From Antedon mediterranea (Eukaryota > Animalia > Echinodermata), in assembly GCF_964355755.1 (NCBI RefSeq), contig NC_092673.1, positions 2,604,001 to 2,668,000 on the forward strand: 64,000 nucleotides of DNA, written 5' to 3'. Each line of letters begins with the position of its first letter. Position 1 is the first letter of the stretch. Below, piece by piece: positions 1 to 12,005 of the stretch. The translations under genes and the position numbers were made by a program. The notes under the pieces were generated by a model. It saw only the letters and a program-made list of their open reading frames with translations, had not been told where the DNA came from and did not search any database.

Positions 1-2032
1 ATGAATTTTAATATTCACGTCGAGTCTGACCTAGAAAGTTGCGTAGGCTTAATCTTTTTGAAGAACAAAAACACGGTGATAAATGAATGCGGCGATATTG
101 AACCGTGGATTCGTGTGTAAATTTAATGGAATCCTTAATGCTTATGAGGAGTTTTTAGTTGATCTTGTTGATTTTTATTGACGCGGGGAACAATGTAATA
201 TAAATGTAAATACTACTCCTACTCATCACATTGTAATCATCGATTGGTAGACTTTTAATGTAGAATTTACAATAAAAAAGAATAAATAATCAAGGATAAT
301 CTTGAAAATAACATTTTTCAGACGTTTGTCTGGGCCTTCAATATAAAATATGAATTACATATTCAGCAAAAAACTGATGAAAATATTATGGTGTTCATAA
401 GATATTGGGCAGGGTAACTTTAAGAGGAGGAAGGGGTATCCAGCTTAATTTTCAAATTGTTTCGTTAAGCAGTCTCTTTGTAATCTAGTAAGATCTTGCT
501 TTCAATCTTAAAACCTTGTTATTTGTGAATATATTTCTGGTATAACGGGGTTAAAAAAGTAGAATTACGTTTCTTTTTCGTTTCAGTTAAAATTACAAGA
601 TAATTACCCGCTCTTTTTGAATGAACCTACTCAAGGTACACCCCTTTTTTAGAAAATACCTTTCAGTTTAACAAACTTATTCAGCGAACATCCGGATAAA
701 GGGGAAACTTTACTAGATCCACTGCAGTTTGTTTATGGAAAGTGTTTTGTTGATCTTAATTTTATGCTATCGAGATAATGTCAATCAAATTTTTAAGAAA
801 TTAAACCATTGTTGATTCTAAATATGTACAAGAAAAAGCCCTAAAACTAAATCTATATTAGATATCAATCCAATTGTCAATGAAGAAACATCAGTAATCT
901 ACCATTCCTTCAAGGACAAACTGTTTATCTTTTCTTTTCAAGTGCTGGTAAACACAGAATAAATATTTGAATTCGCCACTATTATGTCACTCTTCTGTTC
1001 GTCAAATGCGTACTAGAGAGAAACGTGAATGAAAAACAATTTTGGTAAAACGGGAAAGAGGTGCCACACCTTATATCTATTATACAAGTACTTGAATTTG
1101 AAGCTGTTTTGGCGACTGAAAGGCTTAGTACGTTGTGAAGTTTAAATAGTTTGTGATGGATAAGCTAGGAGGTGTTCTATTAATTGCCTGTCTTCTCCCT
1201 ATGAGGTAGTAATAGGGACCATCTCCCTGTTTGAAACACAGCATAAAAACATTGGCAACAAGCCTACTGAACGTGACTATATTTACTATATAAATGAAAA
1301 CAGTTGCTGTGTGATAGAATTAAATTATAACAGTTATATCATATTTATAATTTATTCTCAGTTTACATACATGTTTTTCTTAGTGAATTTAATGTTTTTT
1401 AAATAAAACTAATGATCAATCAAAGCTAAGAATTTACTGGATTCGTTTTTGACCCACAAAAGCAAAAATCGTCATGAGCTGTAGGCTTTAAAGAGGGCAT
1501 TTCAAGAAAAGAAAAAGGGGGTAGACAGCTGAGGGCATCTTGTTCATTGTTAAATGGACATTATACTTTTACTATTAAGACATACAAAATTGTTAAATTG
1601 GTCCAAATATCGCAGCTTTCTTTATAATAAGTTGGTTGGAACTAAATGAATGCATATTGAGAAGGTGCTTGCGTGAATGCTACATGTATAGCATCTGGTT
1701 AACAACACTCTTACAATCAATAAAATTACACCTTTATTTGTGCGGCAGTGTTGTTTGGTAGTAAGCAAACTTTTGCTCAAATTTACTGACGTCAAGGTAG
1801 TAATATATACCAAACTAACCCAGATTAGTTTGTTCTTATTTGATTAGAAAGCTTAGAATGGTATTATCTACTAGTGTAAGTGGGCGTTTAATAACTTGTG
1901 TTTTTCTGAATGACAAAGAATGTAAAGTGCAATTTGACTTCATAAATTTTATTTAAGCACAAACATCAAAAATGATATTATGCACTACATTTTGATATCT
2001 TTTTTTGACAGATGATTAATATGATATGCTAG

Positions 2033-2210
2033 CAGTGGCGTACTATAGCACAAAAGCCTGAGGCCCTTGGAACCATAAGTGGCCCTCCAATGCTTGAGGC
2101 CTTTTAAAACATTTAAATTTAAATACTATTCTCTTGGCACTGTTCAGGGGCCCTGTAAGCTCAAAGGCTCCTGAGTTCAGCCAGTGAGCGCTCATAGCCG
2201 TTACACCACT
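2033..2210. mobile_element. hAT-like MITE (CAGTGGCGTAAC-type termini)
   Basis: TIR cagtggcgtta...ttacaccact, flanked by atgctag on both sides; related copies at 23038-23229, 54914-55048 and a fragment at about 5170-5240. Confidence 0.6.
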
Positions 2211-2720
2211 ATGCTAGCACTCCCATGTTAAAAAAAAACTGGATCCGCTGCTGAAAAATATATATTCACTGAACTCAAAAGTTGGAAACAGGCTTAAAAG
2301 ATACTATACAGTAGTAGGCTTTGACATGCATCTTGGTTTATAAGTAGTCTTTACTGTTACTTTAAATAAAGGTTTGTTTTCGTATTTTTATAAGAGCTTT
2401 ATAAAAGCCTGAAAAAGTCACCTCAGATCATACAATGTCCATGAACTTAGTTAAAAGTAGTATGCTTCTCTTAGGCAAAGTAGAGGTAACATGGCCAACT
2501 ATAATCTGTCTATACCATTAGTGGCAGTGGGGCTTATGTTTAAGTTTCGTTGTAAAGTAAAGCTTTAATTTTATGTTTTTAGCAATCGCGATATATATAG
2601 ACAGAGACTTTCATATGTATCCTTAAATGCACAAATGTCTAAATAATTCTTTCCAAATAAAAACTGAACTAAACCCAGCATGGTGGAATGTGGATTTTAA
2701 GAGATAGTTGGGGTTATATA

Positions 2721-2802
2721 GGTGGGGAGGTGGGGAGGGGTTTGAGGTGGGAAGGTGGGGAGGGGTTTGAGGTGGGGAGGTGGGGAGGGGTTTGAGGTGG
2801 GA
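2721..2802 (+). repeat. 25-bp G-rich tandem repeat (about 3.3 copies), G-quadruplex-prone
   Basis: Unit aggtggggaggtggggaggggtttg with about ten G3-G4 runs. Confidence 0.85.
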
Positions 2803-2959
2803 AAAAGATGTATTCCATTACTTGTATTGTATTGTTATGTACTTACCTATCTTATTATGGCTAAGTTGCCATGCTTTGGTCCTACTACGTGTATGATAGG
2901 CAATCTGTAAAATACAAAAAGTAAAATACTTATTTTTGAATTCATACTTTTACATTGAA

Positions 2960-4559
2960 AGCTATTACACTTCCCTCCTAGACTTACCCTTGGTTCTTAG
3001 CTATTACACTTCCCTCCTAGACTTACCCTTGGTTCTTAGCTTTTACACTTCCCTCCTAGACTTACCCTTGGTTCTTAGCTTTTACACTTCCCTCCTAGAC
3101 TTACCCTTGGTTCTTAGCTTTTACACTTCCCTCCTAGACTTACCCTTGGTTCTTAGCTATTACACTTCCCTCCTAGACTTACCATTGGTTCTTAGCTATT
3201 ACACTTCCCTCCTAGACTTACCCTTGGTTCTTAGCTATTACACTTCCCTCCTAGACTTACCCTTGGTTCTTAGCTATTACACTTCCCTCCTAGACTTACC
3301 CTTGGTTCTTAGCTATTACACTTCCCTCCTAGACTTACCCTTGGTTCTTAGCTATTACACTTCCCTCCTAGACTTACCCTTGGTTCTTAGCTATTACACT
3401 TCCCTCCTAGACTTACCCTTGGTTCTTAGCTATTACACTTCCCCCCTAGACTTACCCTTGGTTCTTAGCTATTACACTTCCCTCCTAGACTTACCCTTGG
3501 TTCTTAGCTATTACACTTCCCTCCTAGACTTACCCTTGGTTCTTAGCTATTACACTTCCCTCCTAGACTTACCCTTGGTTCTTAGCTATTACACTTCCCT
3601 CCTAGACTTACCCTTGGTTCTTAGCTATTACACTTCCCTCCTAGACTTACCCTTGGTTCTTAGCTTTTACACTTCCCTCCTAGACTTACCCTTGGTTCTT
3701 AGCTATTACACTTCCCTCCTAGACTTACCATTGGTTCTTAGCTATTACACTTCCCTCCTAGACTTACCCTTGGTTCTTAGCTATTACACTTCCCTCCTAG
3801 ACTTACCCTTGGTTCTTAGCTATTACACTTCCCTCCTAGACTTACCCTTGGTTCTTAGCTATTACACTTCCCTCCTAGACTTACCCTTGGTTCTTAGCTA
3901 TTACACTTCCCTCCTAGACTTACCCTTGGTTCTTAGCTATTACACTTCCCTCCTAGACTTACCCTTGGTTCTTAGCTATTACACTTCCCCCCTAGACTTA
4001 CCCTTGGTTCTTAGCTATTACACTTCCCTCCTAGACTTACCCTTGGTTCTTAGCTATTACACTTCCCTCCTAGACTTACCCTTGGTTCTTAGCTATTACA
4101 CTTCCCTCCTAGACTTACCCTTGGTTCTTAGCTATTACACTTCCCTCCTAGACTTACCCTTGGTTCTTAGCTATTACACTTCCCTCCTAGACTTACCCTT
4201 GGTTCTTAGCTTTTACACTTCCCTCCTAGACTTACCCTTGGTTCTTAGCTATTACACTTCCCTCCTAGACTTACCCTTGGTTCTTAGCTATTACACTTCC
4301 CTCCTAGACTTACCCTTGGTTCTTAGCGTTTACACTTCCCTCCTAGACTTACCCTTGGTTCTTAGCGTTTACACTTCCCTCCTAGACTTACCCTTGGTTC
4401 TTAGCTTTTACACTTCCCTCCTAGACTTACCCTTGGTTCTTAGCTATTACACTTCCCTCCTAGACTTACCCTTGGTTCTTAGCTATTACACTTCCCTCCT
4501 AGACTTACCCTTGGTTCTTAGCGTTTACACTTCCCTCCTAGACTTACCCTTGGTTCTTA
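2960..4559. repeat. 39-bp minisatellite, 41 copies
   Basis: Unit agctattacacttccctcctagacttacccttggttctt; 1600 bp / 39 = 41 near-identical units; accounts for the spurious 543-aa ORF. Confidence 0.97.
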
Positions 4560-4563
4560 TGTT
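4548..4563 (-). CDS. candidate 16-nt microexon of the FAM53-like gene (NIRTK + 1 nt)
   Basis: Minus strand tttag|AACATAAGAACCAAGG|gtaagt. Phase 0 to 1 fits the phase-0 end of exon 18238-18309, but the polypyrimidine tract is weak and there is no homology support. Confidence 0.3.
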
Positions 4564-6059
4564 CTAAATTTTATTTTTCTATAGTAGCAGTCAGAAAGTT
4601 CAATTTATTTCAAGTAGGCCTACTATATTTAATTCCCATTTAAAACATAAAATTGATATTTGCAACACATTAAATTACATTTACATTACTGTACATTTTA
4701 AACAATAAATCAGTTCTATGGGATAAATTATTGCCGATTGTTTTACATGATTGAGTACAACATAATACGAACAATGTTTACTTTACAAATTAAAAAAAAA
4801 GCATAAAATGTTCAACGTTGGAAACCAAACCAGCGAAATAGTAGCGCTTGAATTCAATCATGGATTATAACAGCTTACCGAAGGATGGCAGAATGACGTC
4901 ATCAAGTGTATGGTAGAGATAAGTGGTGTACTTGTTAACAGTCAACCTCATTGCAAACATACACCAGAATAAATTAAATTTATGTGTCCTTGGTGTCGTA
5001 CTGTTTGTATTTTAACCATTTTATCATATTTGTTATGTTTTATATACGTGACAAGCAAGAGCCAGAGTGCTTGACGTAATAAAATAATTGAATTGAATTA
5101 AGGCCTCAACATACCCAAAAATAAATTCAATTATGTGTGGGTGTGGTCTTTAATTAATATTATATGCTAGGAGTGGTGTAACACAGAGGCTTGAGGTCCC
5201 TGGTTAAAGAACCATAAGACGCCCTCAAAGGCTTGAGGCCTCAACATACACCAAAATAAATTCAATTTATGTGTGGGTGTGGATTTCGAACTCTATTAAA
5301 TTCAATATTGCAGAAAAATGTGGTAATAATCACCAAAATATATCATCAATTATACAAAATTTGGAAACTGTTTCATTACATTTATAATTAAAACAGAACA
5401 TAATTAGCCAGTCTATAGAGTAACACACCTAATTGGTGACAGTGGCTTTAGGCCGCTTTTGTGCTTTCCTGGCTGCTAGTGACTATGATTTTATATTTTC
5501 TCCTTGTGTCATGTTTGTTTAATTTAATGTTGTAAAATGTATCTTTTGCCTGAATAAATAATAATAATTAACAATACTGATTTACTGCAATATGCTATTA
5601 GTAGTATTAAAAAGTAGTTTTGGAAAAACAGTATTTTTTCCAAGCGATGGTTGATATGCGTATACCAGCATATTGATGAGTAATAAAGCATTACAGAGAG
5701 TACAAAGACACAGGATCAATCTGATCAATGTATTGAATTACTCTTTTGTATCAGTGGCAAAAAATACACACAATGATAACTATCACAAACGAAATGAGAG
5801 AAAAACAATGTTGCAATCGAAATAATAATGCGAGGATATCTGAATATTATAATTTAAATTGTTGGTGGGGTTTGGATACCAATTCCTTTGTATATTTATC
5901 AATTTTGTTCATCTATGTCTTGTGTTCTTTTATTATGTCGACATCAAGCCAACTCCTTCATTATTTTTTATTTATTTTTATTTCACCTTACTGTATTTAT
6001 AGAGAGTGACATTAAATAGTAGACAATCAAGTCTCTCTTGAACTCTTGATGAGTTATAA

Positions 6060-6175
6060 TAAGTGTCTGTGTGTGACAGTAGCTGTGTGTATAATAGTAC
6101 ACTGGGGTAAACTCCCTACTCATTTCGAAAGATGTACTAGGTTCTTTAAAGTGCACATAAGCTATATGTTACACT
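6060..6175 (-). mobile_element. SINE fragment (same family as 53800-54535 and 61503-61688)
   Basis: Shares aagatgtactaggttctttaaagtgcaca with the other copies and shows the empty single-TA site of the MITE at 53928. Confidence 0.55.
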
Positions 6176-6839
6176 GATTCATGCTATTTCTTCAAACTTC
6201 ATTTTCAACCCCCCCCCCCCCCCCATCATAAATAATTATTTTTTTTCTGTTTGAGCCTCCGAATATTTATAATTATTTGTCTACAGTATTCTTAGGAAAT
6301 GTCCTCAAACTACATGTCTTTATATGCATGTTTTAGATTTTTTCCCCCCGTAATTATTTTTTCTGTTCGAGCCTCCGAATATTTATAATCATTTTTCTAT
6401 AATATTCTTAAGAAATGTGTTGTAATTTATTCAAAAGCACAGACATTCTACATGTAACCTACTATTTTACAGTTTATCAAGGTGTGAACCACACCTGTCT
6501 GCTGTTATAAAAGAGTTCAACCATTAAGTGTATTAAAAAAAGAAATGATTAAACAAAAGATTTTTTTTCCCACCCACAGATGCTGTTAAATTGTAAGCTG
6601 CACAGATGATGGTATAACACCATTGCATTCATTTATTGTTGCGTGATAAAACAAGGATTTGTGGATTTATAAAACCATGACTGAATGGATGCAAGAGATT
6701 TATAATTTAAGCTTTCACCAACATTAGATCAATTTCAAACAATCACACACAAATACACATAATGTACCAACTATTTTCACATACAATACATACGTACCAG
6801 CGGCTACATCAAATTGGTACAGTTTCTGCATACCATGTC

Positions 6840-7072
6840 ATAATCCTAACTGACCATTTTCTCATATAGGTACTGACCATTTCCTTATATCGGTACTGAC
6901 CATTTCATAACCCTAATTGACCATTTCTTCATATCAGTACTGACCGTTTCCCCATATTGGTACCGACCATTTTATAATCCTAACTGACCGTTTCCTCATA
7001 ACGGTACCGACCATTTTATAATTCTAACTGAGCGTTTTCTCATATCGGTACCAACCATTTTATAGTCCTAAC
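6840..7072. repeat. degenerate 18-23-bp tandem repeat
   Basis: Recurrent ctgaccattt / ggtaccgaccattt / taatcctaactga units. Confidence 0.75.
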
Positions 7073-9352
7073 TTTTTTTTATAAATGTAAAAAGACTGAA
7101 AATATGACCTTTCTATCTTGATATATACACAGTTTATACTGTAATGCTTAAAAACTAAATTTGTGAATTTTTATCCGTAGTACTATGCATTCAAAATGAA
7201 TACATTACCCTTTGTTAAGACTAGAGGTTCGCAACTTCACAAAACACACACATCGGTAAAATGTCACGTTTGTGTTTAGTTAATGTTCAAAATAACACAT
7301 AACTTAAATGTGCAAATAAACTCTAGAAACTATAGACAGATTGAAGATAAACAGATTCTGATATGCGAGCTTTACTAAACTCTGCAATGTTTATACAACG
7401 TCTTCACTACAGAGAGTTCAAGAACATTCGATACATCGCAGTCAAATCAACACATTTCGTACCAATTAAACAAGCTTTATTTTCTCTCCGATTCTCTATC
7501 CTTGATCTGAATATGAATATAACTTACCAATTACTCCATTTTGAAGCCCCATGAGGTAAGGGAAAACATCGCTGTAGGCCCATTCATGTATGTCTCTAGC
7601 CAAGTTCAACATCAATATTTCATGGTCTAGATATGTTATACTTAGAAAAAGCCTTTAAGTGGCAAAAGAACTGATGATGATTTAGAAATAAATAGACTAT
7701 CGACGATCGTCTAAAATGTTTTTTTGCTTGCTCAAATTGTTTTATTGAGATTGGATATTATAAGGTGTAGGCATTATATTGTTTGTTACTGTAGAATTAG
7801 CATCAGTCATTTCATAAACAGGTTATAGTTTATTAATAGAAGAAATAGTATTTTATAAACAAGGAAGCAATGATTAAAATTGATATGAAACATAATCTGC
7901 ATTTATCTTTAGCCTTCAACAAGAAATCTACTCTATCTATAAACCAAAACATCCACTACTTAACTTTAAGTATTTATATAAGTCTAAAATAAATCCAAAG
8001 GCAAAATATTGAAAAAATGACAATGCTGTGGGGATCAGTGGCTGTATCTCAATGGAGATCCAAAAAAAAAAAGTGAAAAGCTAAATCAAAACGAAAAAGT
8101 AAAACAGCCAGAAAAGTTAGCAGAGCTTTCAGGCAACTCTACCTTCATCAGTAAAATATATATCAAACTTTAACGGAATATACAAGTAAACAATTGTGTG
8201 AATTTCATGGCTTGAAAATGAAAAGGTTGAAATGAATTATGAATTTATCACAATGGGATGTTTTGATGTATTCGTGCCTGCTTACCTGGATAAACCGACA
8301 ATATACCTCTCTCTCTGAAGAGAGGATACAATTAAGAAAAAAGAAATTCATTGAGCACCCCTATTGGATAATGGTATCATCTTATACATATCTACTGAAG
8401 ATTTCTAGATCCATGTTCATATGGTTTCTTCGGGAGGAGTATCACCTATGATTGTCCTTTAGAAACAGTTGTGCTTGGGGAGGGAGAAGGGCCTTTCAAA
8501 CTCATCAGCGTTCAAGCTTGAGAATTAAGATATCGAATAAAATTTAATCAGCTATTTATGGAACATTGTGAGATACAGTAAATTATTATGTTTACCATCT
8601 GTTTACACTTATTTATTCATTACTATAGTTTTTAAGCTTCCTACTATTTAGTATTAGCTATAAAAGTTCACCATAATCTAACCTTTATACCACACTGCTA
8701 AGTACTTGTTGAATGTTTTGCAATTTTGTTTGACGTCAGTTGAAAAAGGTGTAGGCAATGTGAATTAAAAGAGTGGAAGGTTCGATAGGTATAGATAGTG
8801 GAGAAAGTCATGCCTTAATTGAAGCTGGGCCTTACACCCTATAAATACTTTCTACGTTACAGTTTTCTTTAAATGTTTACAGTATTTCTGAATATGATAC
8901 ACACAATTATTATTATTAAATTATTATTAAAAAGTGACATTAATAAATATGTTTACAAAGACATGACACGCTTGATTGGCACTTGTCACTCAAAGTAAAT
9001 GATTGTCTAATGACAACACCATCATCAAAGTAGATAAAATCCTTGCGGACTTGAAATATTAAACTGTATGGCCATGGCGCTTAGAGAATAATAATCTGGG
9101 TCAGCTGTTTCTAGTGCCTCGCATTAAAATAATTTATTAAAACTATATATTGCAATCAGGCATTAAACACAAATTATTTAAGTACCCTTGAAAATATTAT
9201 TTCTGCATAATTAATTCATTTTATTATAAATTAAACTTGAATCCTCATTCATTCAACCATAAATTTCGAAACACGCCCTATTTTGTTTTGGGGAAAAGGT
9301 GATGTGCGATTCAATTGGATAAAGCACCAATCATTAAATGTATTTTAAAGTA

Positions 9353-9497
9353 CAGTGGCCGTATTCACCAATCACACTTAAGTGAGATATTTCCCTTAAA
9401 TATTAATTATTTCACTTAACTCAATAAATATTTAAGTATTTCCCTTAAATTGTATTAGTGTTTCCCTTAGCCTAAGTGTGAATGGTGACAGCCACTG
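9353..9497. mobile_element. short foldback/MITE-like insertion
   Basis: cagtggc...caccaatcacactta is an imperfect inverted repeat of taagtgtgaatggtg...gccactg; internal tttcccttaa repeats. Confidence 0.5.
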
Positions 9498-9601
9498 GTA
9501 CTTACAGCACCAATCATTCAATGTAATTTAAAGTACAGTACTTTATGGAGACAGTACTAACATTAATTTATATACCTTAAAGTATTTCCAATGTATTTGA
9601 C

Positions 9602-9730
9602 ACCTGACAAAAAGTGCCCAAATATGGTAGTGATATGCCTAAATATGGTAGTAATATGACATCATCATGTCCATATATGGGCACATCCCATTTGTTTTGT
9701 CACATAAAGTTTGATAGTGTAGACAGAGCT
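9602..9730. mobile_element. Harbinger-like MITE family A, left-truncated copy
   Basis: Internal ccaaatatggtagtgatatg repeats and right TIR gtttgatagtgtagacagagct. Confidence 0.75.
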
Positions 9731-11574
9731 TTAAACAAATTCACCCTCTCTCCCTCTTGTATCTTGTAATAGTAAAGCTGGAAATTATAACAACAAATGT
9801 GAATTGAAGCTCTTTATTAATTAATTACTTTACATAATTTTAACCCGTGTCCTAGCACATGAACCCTGACCTCAAAAAACTTATATCTATTCTTGTTCTA
9901 ACAAAGCAATTGACAACTTTTAAAGGCCATTACATTTTCAATTTTCTAGGCCATGATTTTAACCTTCATAAAGCTCCAATTAGCAAGTTTGTCTTCTTAT
10001 TCTTTGAACAGTAACTAAATGAAAGTTAAAATAACAGTACATATTGGAAAATCATCAACGTTCAATACAAAGTATCCATACATAATGACAACAAAGACTA
10101 CACGTTGATGGTTCTTTACAATACAATACAAAGCTAATTCAGAACCGATAAATTTCATTCGTACGTCGTTCTAATCCATCCTGTTCTCTTTTTACAGTCA
10201 TCTACGGTAGAAATATAATCAAATACTGGCAGATCAAAAAACAGTTGTTTCAATATTTTTACAATAAGGCCTAATAAAAATGAAAAATAAATTTTATTAT
10301 AATTGTCATGTAAAACACATCTGCCAATTTGAATGAGAACGTAAAGTTATTTTGTATTTTAATGAGAAAAAAAAGTTATTGTATTTTAATGATTACTTTA
10401 TGAAAATGAATTTTAACAATTTGTTTTCATCTGAAATTTTATTAACAGTTCAGAAATTGTTGACCTCCTTTCACAAACTAAGTTTAACCATGTTTATTTT
10501 TCATTAAACGTCAATTATGCTCTAAAAATGAAATTAACAAATAGAATAAACTACTCTTTTAATATTATTGAAAAATTGAACAAAAAAACAATTTTAATAA
10601 CATTTTAACAATATTTTCGAAAAATATTTATGTTTATTTCCGATTCATCAGTCTACTACTTTATAATTAAATACATTAGTTTAAAGTAAATTTCTGTAAA
10701 ATTTGGCAAATACTTTTTAAACCAGGAAGACTTTTTTTCAGTAGTTAGGTAGTTAACCTAATGTAATAACATGTCTGGTGACTCCCTAGACAGTGAAAAA
10801 AGATGGTGGATATACGGTGGATAATTTTTGAAAATAAAAATCTGAAGTTGAATAAAAATATCAGAAATGTAATATTCAAGTTATATTACCTATATTTAGT
10901 CATCTGATAACATTTTTTACCACACCGTTTATTTTTCATAGCTTTTTAAAATGCCTCTCTATTTACAAAATTTGTGTACGAAAGAATAGAGATTTTACTG
11001 TGTAATTTGAACTATCCCTCCACTGATAAGAAAGTGCTTATTTTCAAAAAGCTCGTGTAACACAAATAAAATCCCAACAATTATGAAACATAGGGGAAAT
11101 TTTTTGCCCGCACCTGGCCTTTAAAGTAGATTTCTGTAAAATTTGGCAAATACTTTTTAGGAACAACAACATTATTGTATCAATAACATAAAGTATAAAT
11201 TTAAATTAAGTTTGAATGTACTCCTCGTATTAGCCTTTATCAAAGAATACATAATTAATATAAACTTCATATAATAATTCCATTTTTTATGTAATTCTGA
11301 AATCTAATCAAATTTGCAATTTGGATTTTAGTTCCATACATTCCCTAGTGAAAAATAAAGTTGAATTCATTTTATCAAATATAAAAAAGATAACTTGAAT
11401 ACAAGATATATGCCGGTTTTTTCAAATTCCCATAAGCACTTTTTTTTATTAATAATATTAGCATGAAGCTATGTATAATATTAAAAAACATACTAAATTT
11501 ACAAACTGTATTAAATACACGAGAAACAAATGAAGAGTATAAAAACAAATCCTAAAATTAAGTCAATTTTCAAA

Positions 11575-12005
11575 TTGAATACCCCATTTCAACATTAAAA
11601 AAGATTTCGGTCTCATAATTGTTCATAATAATAAATTTTTAATTTAAAAAATAAAATACATTTTAAAGTTACGATTAAAAACTCCATTTTAACATTAAAA
11701 ACATTAGGATTCTGGTCTCATAATTGTTCATAAGAATACATTTTTAATTTAAAAAATAAAATACATTTTAAAGTTATGATTAAAAACTAAAACACCCCCC
11801 TTTCAACATTTAAAACATTAAGATTCTGGTCTCATAATTGTTCATAATACATTTTTAATTTAAAAAATAAAATACATTTTAAAGTTATGATTAAAAACTA
11901 AAATACCCCCCTTTTAACATTTAAAACATTAAGATTCTGGTCTCATAATTGTTCATAATACATTTTTAATTTAAAAAATAACATACATTTTAAAGTTATG
12001 TTTAA
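11575..12005. repeat. about 110-bp AT-rich tandem repeat, 4 copies
   Basis: ggtctcataattgttcataa...aatacattttaaagtta repeated four times. Confidence 0.9.

Noticed and set aside
2936-4567. 543-aa ORF of (SYYTSLLDLPLVL)n, superficially LRR-like
   Set aside because: Translation of a 39-bp minisatellite with a TTG pseudo-start, almost no synonymous divergence, and antisense to the FAM53 intron.
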